Part shown: positions 6,815 to 12,876 of the stretch, in pieces
Position numbering within the stretch: the stretch's first letter is position 1
Layout of the letters: each line of letters opens with the position of its first letter
The notes under the pieces: generated by a model
What the model saw: only the letters and a program-made list of their open reading frames with translations
Database searches by the model: none
What the model was told of the DNA's origin: nothing
NCBI GenBank assembly: GCA_023269675.1
Contig: JAHFSX010000020.1
Location: forward strand, 6,550 to 70,549
Length of the DNA: 64,000 nucleotides
Source: Verrucomicrobiota bacterium
GTDB taxonomy: Bacteria; Verrucomicrobiota; Kiritimatiellia; RFP12; UBA1067
Direction of reading: 5' to 3'
Position numbers and translations under genes: made by a program

Positions 6815-7247
6815 TCACTTCCCCGTCCACCGCCCACACGCCGAGAAATCCCTTGGCCGCGACGCCCCGCGCGCACAACACCGGCCGTTCCAGCTCCCAC
6901 GCCACATCGCCCATGTACCACGGGTCGGCCGACGCGGTCAGCGCCGAAACCACATGGATACCGCACACCACCTGCCCGCACCAGGCGCGGCACTCGTCAT
7001 ACCCCGGAAAGCGCACCGCCGCGCCGAACCGGTCCGCCACCCACAGGCTGCCCGCGCACCAGTCAGAAAAGCTGAGGTTGTTGGAAGCGTGCACGAGGTA
7101 GAGGCCGGGCGGCACGCGGAAACTCCGGTTCTCCACCGTCTTCAGCCCCGCCCGGATCAGCAGGCCCCAATGCGCCTTCACCGTGAACGCCCGTAGTCCT
7201 TTCCGCTCGAAGTTCGGCGTCCGGCGTTGAATGTCCGACGTTCGCAT
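6783..7247 (-). CDS. ASCH-domain protein (154 aa)
   Basis: LRAFTVKAHWGLLIRAGLKTVENRSFRVPPGLYLVHAS matches the ASCH pattern (xxSIRQPWAxLIxxGxKxIENRSW...IHAS). Start set at MRTSD with GGAGGGAGAGCAA-ATG. Confidence 0.75.
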   Translation of the reverse strand: MRTSDIQRRTPNFERKGLRAFTVKAHWGLLIRAGLKTVENRSFRVPPGLYLVHASNNLSFSDWCAGSLWVADRFGAAVRFPGYDECRAWCGQVVCGIHVVSALTASADPWYMGDVAWELERPVLCARGVAAKGFLGVWAVDGEVRKKFVSALLR

Positions 7248-7497
7248 TTGCTCTCCCTCCGTCCCCAGCCGTTTGAATGTTGCCGATTGCCGATTGCTGA
7301 TTGCTGTCCTCCGTCCTCTGTCCTCCGTCTTCACTCCCCATCCCGTCCGACTGATCGACGCCGCGCCAGTCCTTTTCCCAACAAACGCACGCCGCATCAC
7401 TCGCCTCTATCAACCTTTCGCCGCGCGGCAGGCACATCCCCGCCGGCCACATCGCCCCGCACGAGCAGAACGACCCGCACTCGCGGCAAAGTTTCAT
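7063..7497 (-). CDS. Possible small Cys-rich ORF (MKLCRECGSFCSCG...); extent uncertain
   Basis: ATG lies 13 nt after the stop of 7511..7864. The N-terminal 45 aa look protein-like. The ORF then crosses heptamer repeats and overlaps the ASCH gene out of frame by 185 nt. Confidence 0.25.
   Translation of the reverse strand: MKLCRECGSFCSCGAMWPAGMCLPRGERLIEASDAACVCWEKDWRGVDQSDGMGSEDGGQRTEDSNQQSAIGNIQTAGDGGRANANVGHSTPDAELRAERTTGVHGEGALGPADPGGAEDGGEPEFPRAARPLPRARFQQPQLF
7282..7333. repeat. Two adjacent tandem heptamer arrays
   Basis: GCCGATT GCCGATT GCTGATT, then GCTGTCCTCC GTCCTCT GTCCTCC GTCTTCA. The minus strand reads GGAGGAC-like SD repeats. Confidence 0.8.
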
Positions 7498-7510
7498 AAC
7501 GGCACCGTCA

Positions 7511-7864
7511 CTATGAAATCGAGTCGAAGAAGTCGGCTGACCGCTTGGCCTCTTTCATCTTTTTGCCGCCGAGCGGCATGAGACCGCTGTTCTGCAAAAG
7601 CCAGACAAGGCCGACATTCAACTCTTGCGTATAGAAGTGCGCGAAAGCTTCGCCACGCTCCGCCGCCCGCTCTTCAAATTTCCGGTTACAGGATTCTTTG
7701 CAGGTAATGAATGGTTCAAACGTGTCTCCAACCTTGTCGCCGCCGGTAGGGGGGAACCACACTATATCGGCTTCTTTCGCGTCCGTGACGTGCCTGCCGC
7801 ACACATCGCATACGGCCGCCAGACCGGTTTTCCCGGACGCAAAAAACATCATCTTGATTCCCAT
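7511..7864 (-). CDS. Hypothetical protein (117 aa)
   Basis: ORF track. High GC3. Contains a CDVCG...CKESC motif. Confidence 0.6.
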   Translation of the reverse strand: MGIKMMFFASGKTGLAAVCDVCGRHVTDAKEADIVWFPPTGGDKVGDTFEPFITCKESCNRKFEERAAERGEAFAHFYTQELNVGLVWLLQNSGLMPLGGKKMKEAKRSADFFDSIS

Positions 7865-7893
7865 AACTCACATCGTTCCTTTCATTCTGAGCT

Positions 7894-8301
7894 TCACTCA
7901 GGCCGCTCCACATAGTAGTCAACGCCCTCGCGCAGACTACAGACCACTGGTGGCAACCGGACCGACTCGCAAAACAGCACCACAGCCGCCACGCACCGCC
8001 GCAACACCTCATGATCCTGATGCTCTCCCTCGACGGTCGCCACCACGCTTGCGCGTGTGGCAAACAGCCACGCGTCCGGAATTGCTACACCTGCCGCCTG
8101 TGCCCGATACAGGTTGTGCGGCCGTGTGCAGAGATCCAGCCAGCGCGCCACCGGTTCATCGACCTCCCGCGCGCAGACCGCCGCCCGCTCATAAAGCTCC
8201 CGGTCCATCCGCACTTTCGTGTGCCGCTCCACCCGTCGCACGGCCAGCGCCCGTTCGATCATTTCGCGCGAAGTGATCCCCTTGAGTCTTTTCGCCTTCA
8301 A
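7894..8301 (-). CDS. Hypothetical protein (135 aa, TTG start)
   Basis: ORF track. GGAGGACGGCGAAT-TTG. Confidence 0.6.
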   Translation of the reverse strand: MKAKRLKGITSREMIERALAVRRVERHTKVRMDRELYERAAVCAREVDEPVARWLDLCTRPHNLYRAQAAGVAIPDAWLFATRASVVATVEGEHQDHEVLRRCVAAVVLFCESVRLPPVVCSLREGVDYYVERPE

Positions 8302-8346
8302 ATTCGCCGTCCTCCGGCCTCAGTCTTCTGACCTCATCCCTCTCCC

Positions 8347-8386
8347 CACTAATGCACTAATGAACTGACGAACTAATGAACTTCTC
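8347..8386 (-). repeat. AT-rich octamer array at gene 3' end (island copy 2)
   Basis: CACTAATG CACTAATG AACTGACG AACTAATG AACTTCTC. The stop of 8373..8600 lies inside it. Confidence 0.9.
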
Positions 8387-8600
8387 TCGCCTTCCCCTGC
8401 AGATCCACCGCAAACCGGCCCTTGGCCAGCGTCAGAAAAACGTCCGGCTCGCAGTTGCAGACCTGACCGGAATTCACGGCGCACCAGAAATCATGCTGCA
8501 CATGACAGTCGCTTTTCCGGTCGAGGCAAGAAACGTCGAACACCTGCCGAAAACCGAGGACCATCCGTTCCTGATACGATAACCGCGTTTTAACAGACAT
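8373..8600 (-). CDS. Hypothetical small protein (75 aa)
   Basis: ORF track. GAAAGGAGTACGGCG-ATG. Ends ...EVH*. Confidence 0.6.
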   Translation of the reverse strand: MSVKTRLSYQERMVLGFRQVFDVSCLDRKSDCHVQHDFWCAVNSGQVCNCEPDVFLTLAKGRFAVDLQGKAREVH

Positions 8601-8643
8601 CGCCGTACTCCTTTCGCTGTCTTCCGTCCTCCGTCCCTAATCC

Positions 8644-8683
8644 CACTAATGCACTAATGAACTAACGGACTAAGGAACTTCCC
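8644..8683 (-). repeat. AT-rich octamer array at gene 3' end (island copy 3)
   Basis: CACTAATG CACTAATG AACTAACG GACTAAGG AACTTCCC. Confidence 0.9.
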
Positions 8684-8804
8684 ACTTCTCTTTCTCCGGA
8701 TCGTCCGCCTCGACTCCGGTCTCGCCTCTGAACGCCCACCATGTCCGTCCCGCCGCTACGGCGATCAAGCACACGAGCCACACGAAATCGGCAACAGTTC
8801 TCAC
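8670..8804 (-). CDS. Possible 44-aa single-TM peptide (GTG start)
   Basis: Own translation: VRTVADFVWLVCLIAVAAGRTWWAFRGETGVEADDPEKEKWEVP*, with AAGGAG 11 nt upstream. Preferred over the Arg-rich track ORF 8662..8856. Confidence 0.35.
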   Translation of the reverse strand: MRTVADFVWLVCLIAVAAGRTWWAFRGETGVEADDPEKEKWEVP

Positions 8805-8853
8805 GGGCGTTCAATCTCCTTCGCGTCTTAGCGCCTTCGCGATAGACACCTCC

Positions 8854-8893
8854 CACTAATGCACCAATGAACTAACGAACTAATGAACTTCTC
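8854..8893 (-). repeat. AT-rich octamer array at gene 3' end (island copy 4)
   Basis: CACTAATG CACCAATG AACTAACG AACTAATG AACTTCTC. Confidence 0.9.
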
Positions 8894-9227
8894 CCCCCCG
8901 TTTCAAATAACACATGTGCCAGATCGGATGATAATTACCGGCCGCCTCGTCGCCGTCCAGCAGCACCACCAGCCGCCCGGAACGGCCGCCCGTGATCACG
9001 CCCGGCCGGCCGTCGAACTCGACCCGCCGCCCGACCGTCGCCGGCACGCCGTAGGCGTTCCGGATATATTCGAGACCCTGCGCGGCGACCTGCGCGCGTT
9101 CACACGTTTTGCAGGTCACCTCCATATCCGAGCCGGGGACAACCACCTGGACGCCGGCCCGCGCGCGTCCGCAGAGCGTCATGCCCGCAGGGCCCGCGGC
9201 ATGGTTCACAAAACGGTAACCGCTCAT
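8880..9227 (-). CDS. Hypothetical protein (115 aa)
   Basis: Internal start MSGYRF, chosen for GGAGGTAATT-ATG. Ends ...GGEVH* inside the octamer array. Confidence 0.6.
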   Translation of the reverse strand: MSGYRFVNHAAGPAGMTLCGRARAGVQVVVPGSDMEVTCKTCERAQVAAQGLEYIRNAYGVPATVGRRVEFDGRPGVITGGRSGRLVVLLDGDEAAGNYHPIWHMCYLKRGGEVH

Positions 9228-9361
9228 AATTACCTCCTGCAGATCGGGTAAACCGCCGCGCAGGGCCGGATCGGACCTGTGAGACCGGTCCCCGCGCGGC
9301 TTTCCGGAACATCCGGAAATCAACTGCCGTCCAAGGCGTTCACCACTCTCCCGCATTGCCG

Positions 9362-9393
9362 CACTAATGAACTATGACACTAACGCCCTTCTC
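9362..9393 (-). repeat. AT-rich octamer array at gene 3' end (island copy 5, degenerate)
   Basis: CACTAATG AACTATGA CACTAACG CCCTTCTC. Confidence 0.75.
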
Positions 9394-9658
9394 CCCCGTC
9401 TCCGGCGCTCGGGACAGCCGGACCGCGCGGCAGCGGCAACGAGGAGGGGAGGGGAGCCGGCGCCTCATTCTCCAGCCATTGCCTGACATCCGCGGTGCAG
9501 AACACGACCACGGACGACCGGCTTTCCGGCACCGGCTTGCGCGCCCGGATGGCCCCGGCCCGCGCCAGTTCCAGCAGCCGGTTGCGCGGCAGCCCGTACA
9601 GCGCCGTCACGCACTCCGCCGTCCCCCACAGCGGCTCCATCTGTATCACGACGGTCAT
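9380..9658 (-). CDS. Excisionase/AlpA-like helix-turn-helix DNA-binding protein
   Basis: PLWGTAECVTALYGLPRNRLLELARAGAIRARK...VRQWLE fits the HTH_17/Xis pattern. Its start overlaps the upstream RHH stop (ATGA). Confidence 0.6.
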   Translation of the reverse strand: MTVVIQMEPLWGTAECVTALYGLPRNRLLELARAGAIRARKPVPESRSSVVVFCTADVRQWLENEAPAPLPSSLPLPRGPAVPSAGDGGEGR

Positions 9659-9846
9659 TCTGGCCCCGCGATCTGATCGATGAGATCACGCCGGGATACA
9701 AATTCGGTCAAGATGAACTCGAATTGCCCGGACCGCGACCTTTTCGCCACGAAGCGAACGTCATCAAGTGCCTTAACCAACTTCGTCGGCAAAGACACAG
9801 TGACCTGTGATTTTTCTTCACGTACCCGTTTGGTTGTCTCACTCAT
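9655..9846 (-). CDS. Ribbon-helix-helix (CopG/Arc-like) protein
   Basis: 63 aa. SQVTVSLPTKLVKALDDV is the typical RHH beta-strand/helix signature. Confidence 0.65.
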   Translation of the reverse strand: MSETTKRVREEKSQVTVSLPTKLVKALDDVRFVAKRSRSGQFEFILTEFVSRRDLIDQIAGPE

Positions 9847-9862
9847 TGGTCTAGTGTAAGTA

Positions 9863-9941
9863 ACTGTGATACAGTAATCAAATAAAATAGTTTTACCTTT
9901 TTTCTAAATACAGTACCCCAACTTCCATTAAATTTAGTACA
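9863..9941. promoter_or_regulatory. AT-rich divergent control region with repeated TACAGTA/TAGTACA boxes
   Basis: ACTGT-gat-ACAGT palindrome (9863-9875). TACAGTA at 9870-9876 and 9909-9915. TAGTACAAT at 9935-9943 resembles a -10 for the + gene. Confidence 0.45.
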
Positions 9942-9961
9942 ATAGCGCCCTCGAGGTATCT

Positions 9962-10195
9962 ATGAGCACAAAAGCAAAAAAGTCAAATACGACCCAAAGG
10001 TCGAAAGATTCCACCCAGGTCAGCATCACGTTGCCCACGGAGCTGCTCGAAAAAATCGATGCCATCTGCGCGGCCAAGGTCAGAACCAGATCCAACCTGA
10101 TGGCGATCATACTGGCACAGGCGCTCGCTCAGCCAGCAGCGCCGTCCGCCTCGGCCCCCGCGGCCGGCAACGTGGGCACCGGCGTTGGCAATTAG
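9962..10195 (+). CDS. Ribbon-helix-helix (CopG-like) protein
   Basis: 77 aa. TQVSITLPTELLEKIDAI parallels the RHH motif of 9655..9846. GAGGT SD. Confidence 0.65.
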   Translation: MSTKAKKSNTTQRSKDSTQVSITLPTELLEKIDAICAAKVRTRSNLMAIILAQALAQPAAPSASAPAAGNVGTGVGN

Positions 10196-10539
10196 TGCCT
10201 TTCAGCGCAATGTTTACACGGAACGACACTAAGTTGCTTCCGCGCGAGATCGCGGAAACAGCGTGCTGTTCCGTCCGCCAAGGAGCGGTCCGAGCGATCC
10301 CTTGTGGCTATGCGAGGCACGTTTCCCAAAACGGTCCGGGTAAAACGCCGGTCACCGGGCCCCGGCCAGGCCTCCCCGGCCGAAGTTATTTGTCGCGGGT
10401 TTTTTACCCGCGCTACCCCTCAAAACGGTATGGCAAAGGTATGACAAACAGGCTTCAAATATATCAAATCGGTACTGAAAAACGTCACTTTTTGACGCTT
10501 TTTCATCAAAAAAACCTCATTTTTGGTCAAAAACGCGCC

Positions 10540-10572
10540 TTGTCGCGGGTTCGAATCCCGTCCTCCCCGCCA
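10540..10572 (+). other. Orphan tRNA/tmRNA 3'-end fragment (T-arm, acceptor 3' strand, CCA); putative attR
   Basis: GCGGG-TTCGAAT-CCCGT-CCTCCCC-G-CCA. The same architecture as a tmRNA/tRNA 3' end. No complementary GGGGAGG 5' acceptor strand or other tRNA arms upstream. Confidence 0.7.
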
Positions 10573-10586
10573 TTCTTTTTTTAGAA

Positions 10587-10618
10587 CAGGTCACCTTCAC
10601 CGGTGGCCTGTTTTTTTT
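10587..10618 (+). terminator. Rho-independent terminator after the tRNA-like fragment
   Basis: CAGGTCACC-ttcacc-GGTGGCCTG followed by T8. Confidence 0.8.
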
Positions 10619-10638
10619 GTGGCGCGCGCCGGAAGTTT

Positions 10639-10668
10639 TTGACCGGCGTCGCGGGTTGCGGGTATACT
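10639..10668 (+). promoter_or_regulatory. Sigma-70-like promoter TTGACC-N18-TATACT (uppP)
   Basis: TTGACCGGCG...GTATACTG, 15 nt upstream of the ATG at 10683. Confidence 0.5.
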
Positions 10669-10682
10669 GCACGCCACGCAAC

Positions 10683-11474
10683 ATGACTTTACTTCAAACC
10701 ACCATCATCGCCGTTGTCGAGGGCTTGACGGAATTCTTGCCCGTGTCGTCCACCGGACACATGATCATCGCCCAGAGGCTCATGGGCGTCGACGGCACGC
10801 TCGACGTGGTCAAAGCGTTCACGGTCAACATCCAGTTCGGGGCGATCCTGTCGGTCGTCGTGCTGTACCGGCGGCGCTTTTTTCAGACCTGGGATTTTTA
10901 CTGGAAACTGCTGGTCGCCTTCGTGCCGGCCGCGGTGATCGGGTTCCTGTTGAGCGGTTTCATCGACCGCCTGCTGGACAACGTGACGGTGGTGGCGCTG
11001 ATGCTGGTGGCGGGCGGCGTGTTCATGCTGTTTGTGGACCAGTGGTTCACCCGTCCCGCAGAGGACCAGGCCGTGGACTGGAAGCGGGCGCTGAAGATCG
11101 GCTGCTTCCAGTGCGTGGCCATGATCCCGGGCGTCTCGCGCTCCATGTCCACGATCGTGGGCGGGATGTCCACCGGGCTCTCGCGGCAGAACGCGGCAGA
11201 ATTCTCGTTCTTTCTGGCCGTGCCGACCATGGCGGCCGCGGCGGGGTATAAGCTGCTGAAAATCATGACTGACCCGGCCCTGAGCGCCACGGTGTCGGAC
11301 AACCTGATGACCTTGCTGATCGGCAATGGGGTGGCCTTCCTGGTGGCCCTGGCGGCGATCCGGTGCTTCATCGGCTTCCTTGCCCGACACGGCTTCAAGG
11401 CCTTCGGCTACTACCGCATTGTGGTCGGCGGCGTGATTCTGGCCCTGGTGCTGCTGGGCAAGATTCAGCGCTGA
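10683..11474 (+). CDS. uppP: Undecaprenyl-diphosphate phosphatase
   Basis: MTLLQTTIIAVVEGLTEFLPVSSTGHMII... and ...PGVSRSMSTIVGG are BacA/UppP signatures. Multi-TM. Confidence 0.9.
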   Translation: MTLLQTTIIAVVEGLTEFLPVSSTGHMIIAQRLMGVDGTLDVVKAFTVNIQFGAILSVVVLYRRRFFQTWDFYWKLLVAFVPAAVIGFLLSGFIDRLLDNVTVVALMLVAGGVFMLFVDQWFTRPAEDQAVDWKRALKIGCFQCVAMIPGVSRSMSTIVGGMSTGLSRQNAAEFSFFLAVPTMAAAAGYKLLKIMTDPALSATVSDNLMTLLIGNGVAFLVALAAIRCFIGFLARHGFKAFGYYRIVVGGVILALVLLGKIQR

Positions 11475-11519
11475 CCGAAGGGTTTTTCGCGCGGCCGCCG
11501 ACGGAGCCAAAACTCCACA

Positions 11520-11549
11520 TTGACCGGCGGGGGTGGAAAGCTCTATACT
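11520..11549 (+). promoter_or_regulatory. Sigma-70-like promoter TTGACC-N18-TATACT (rpoZ-smpB)
   Basis: TTGACCGGCG...CTATACTG. Same hexamers as the uppP promoter. Confidence 0.5.
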
Positions 11550-11577
11550 GTCTCGCTTAACCCTTGGAGGCATTTCT

Positions 11578-11823
11578 GTGAATGTTGAACTGATTGAGAA
11601 GGCGAGAGTCCGGGTCCCCAGCGTTCCGGTGCTCGTGAATCTTGTTTCGAAACGCGTGCGTCAGCTCAATATGGGTGAGAGGCCTTACGTGAAACCGTTG
11701 TCGGCCGATGAGGACAAGTGCGACATCGCGCTGCGCGAGATCGCCGACGGTCTGCTCATTTCCGAGGTTGATTTCGGCGCCATCGCGCGGGCCGAGCAGG
11801 CGCATTCGCGCTGGTCGCTGTAA
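11578..11823 (+). CDS. rpoZ: DNA-directed RNA polymerase subunit omega
   Basis: GTG start after GGAGGCATTTCT. VLVNLVSKRVRQLNMGERPYV...DIALREIADGLL fits the RpoZ pattern. Confidence 0.75.
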   Translation: MNVELIEKARVRVPSVPVLVNLVSKRVRQLNMGERPYVKPLSADEDKCDIALREIADGLLISEVDFGAIARAEQAHSRWSL

Positions 11824-11859
11824 TGTGATTCTGCGCGGCAGGCGCAGGGCGGGCGGGTC

Positions 11860-12342
11860 ATGAGCGAGGAGAGCAAAAAACGCAACGGCGGCAATCTGAC
11901 GGTCAACCGCAGGGCGCTGCACGATTATTTTGTTCTCGAGAAGTACGAGGCCGGCATCGAGCTGGTGGGTACCGAGGTGAAGGTGGTGCGTAACGGCGAG
12001 GCCGGGTTGACCGGCTCCTACGCCCAGGTGAAGAACGGACAGCTCTACCTGAATCAGGTGATGATCCCGCCTTACGCCTTCGGCAACCGCTTCAACCATG
12101 ACTCGCTGCGGACGCGGCGCCTGCTGATGCACACGCGGGAGATCCGCAAGCTGCAGGCGCAGTCGGAGCAGAAGGGGCTGTCGCTGATACCGTTGAGGAT
12201 GTACCTGACTCCAAAAGGTCTGGTCAAAGTGGAGATCGGGGTCTGCCGGGGCAAAGCCCAGGAAGACAAACGCGAGACCATCAAGCGGAGGGACGCGGAC
12301 CTTGAGGCCCGCCGGGCGATTGTGACACACTATAAAGGGTGA
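11860..12342 (+). CDS. smpB: SsrA-binding protein
   Basis: NRRALHDYFVLEKYEAGIELVGTEVKVVR...RTRRLLMHTREIRKL...GLSLIPLRMYL is canonical SmpB. Confidence 0.93.
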   Translation: MSEESKKRNGGNLTVNRRALHDYFVLEKYEAGIELVGTEVKVVRNGEAGLTGSYAQVKNGQLYLNQVMIPPYAFGNRFNHDSLRTRRLLMHTREIRKLQAQSEQKGLSLIPLRMYLTPKGLVKVEIGVCRGKAQEDKRETIKRRDADLEARRAIVTHYKG

Positions 12343-12363
12343 GTTTCAGAGGAGGATGAACGT

Positions 12364-12612
12364 ATGACAATGCCAATGGGTTTTCTGGGTATGAATATCG
12401 GGCCGACTGAACTGTTGGTCGTTCTGGCGATTGTGCTGGTCTTGTTCGGCGGCAAGAAACTGCCGGACCTGGCCCGTTCGCTCGGCCGCAGTCTCGGCGA
12501 GTTCAAGAAGGGCAAGGACGAAGGCGAGAAATTGGCCAACGAGAAGGTCAAGGACATCATCGACGACATCAAGAAGGAAGAGCTGAACAAGGTCGAAGGC
12601 CCGAAGGTCTGA
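12364..12612 (+). CDS. tatA: Twin-arginine translocase subunit TatA/E
   Basis: [47 protein letters not shown]. Confidence 0.88.
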   Translation: MTMPMGFLGMNIGPTELLVVLAIVLVLFGGKKLPDLARSLGRSLGEFKKGKDEGEKLANEKVKDIIDDIKKEELNKVEGPKV

Positions 12613-12637
12613 GCCTGAGCCGCTGAGCTCGCTGTAC

Positions 12638-12672
12638 AGAAAGGACGGGCGCGTGCCCGTCCTTTCTTTTTT
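12638..12672 (+). terminator. Rho-independent terminator after tatA
   Basis: AGAAAGGACGGGC-gcgt-GCCCGTCCTTTCT followed by TTTTTT. Confidence 0.85.
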
Positions 12673-12716
12673 AAGATTAGGGAACGGGACCCGCAACGGG
12701 AATGTTTTGCCTTTTT

Positions 12717-12815
12717 GACTGCGCGAACCTGTTCGCGCTTTTCATGGCAGGGACCTGGCCCTGCCCGGACGCGTCAGGCCGCGTCCCTGGAAAGAGCGGA
12801 CGGGTCCGCGCAGTC
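12717..12815. other. Nested GC-rich stem-loop element (possible structured RNA or REP-like element)
   Basis: Outer helix GACTGCGCG.ACC / GG.TCCGCGCAGTC encloses hairpins GGCAGGG-acctgg-CCCTGCC and GGACGCG-tcaggc-CGCGTCC. Flanked by AGATTAGGG (12674) and CCTTAATCT (12837). Confidence 0.5.
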
Positions 12816-12876
12816 AACAAAACCGTTCTTCTACGACCTTAATCTGTTGGAAGGTATGCACAGGCGTTGAATGTTC

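Larger units (their letters stand above)
1..10572. mobile_element. Mosaic integrated element / prophage-like remnant; left end outside window, right end at an orphan tRNA/tmRNA 3'-end fragment
   Basis: Alternating low-GC and high-GC blocks. Only small ORFs of unknown function plus an Xis/AlpA-like HTH, two RHH proteins and an ASCH protein. Ends at a T-arm+acceptor+CCA fragment (10540-10572) followed by housekeeping genes. No integrase in window. Confidence 0.6.

Noticed and set aside
8662-8856. 64-aa track ORF (MGGVYREGAKTRRRL...)
   Set aside because: It is an Arg-rich sequence with no SD. The alternative-frame 44-aa ORF (8670..8804) with an SD and a TM helix is more plausible, though still uncertain.
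6781-9393. CRISPR array or integron attC sites as an explanation for the regularly spaced repeats
   Set aside because: The units are 8-nt tandem oligomers inside about 40-nt blocks separated by whole genes, so they are not 25-40-nt repeats with spacers. They lack the inverted R''/L''-L'/R' structure and GTTRRRY core of attC. No cas or intI gene is present.
10195-10572. A complete tmRNA (ssrA) gene next to smpB
   Set aside because: Only the 3' T-arm/acceptor/CCA is present. No GGGGAGG 5' acceptor strand and no tag reading frame ending in ..AA-stop lie within 400 nt upstream. No 5' piece lies downstream, as would be expected for a permuted gene.
10195-10584. 129-aa ORF following the RHH gene
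   Set aside because: It has no coding-like composition and runs through the AT-rich arm and the tRNA-like fragment. It is more likely non-coding.
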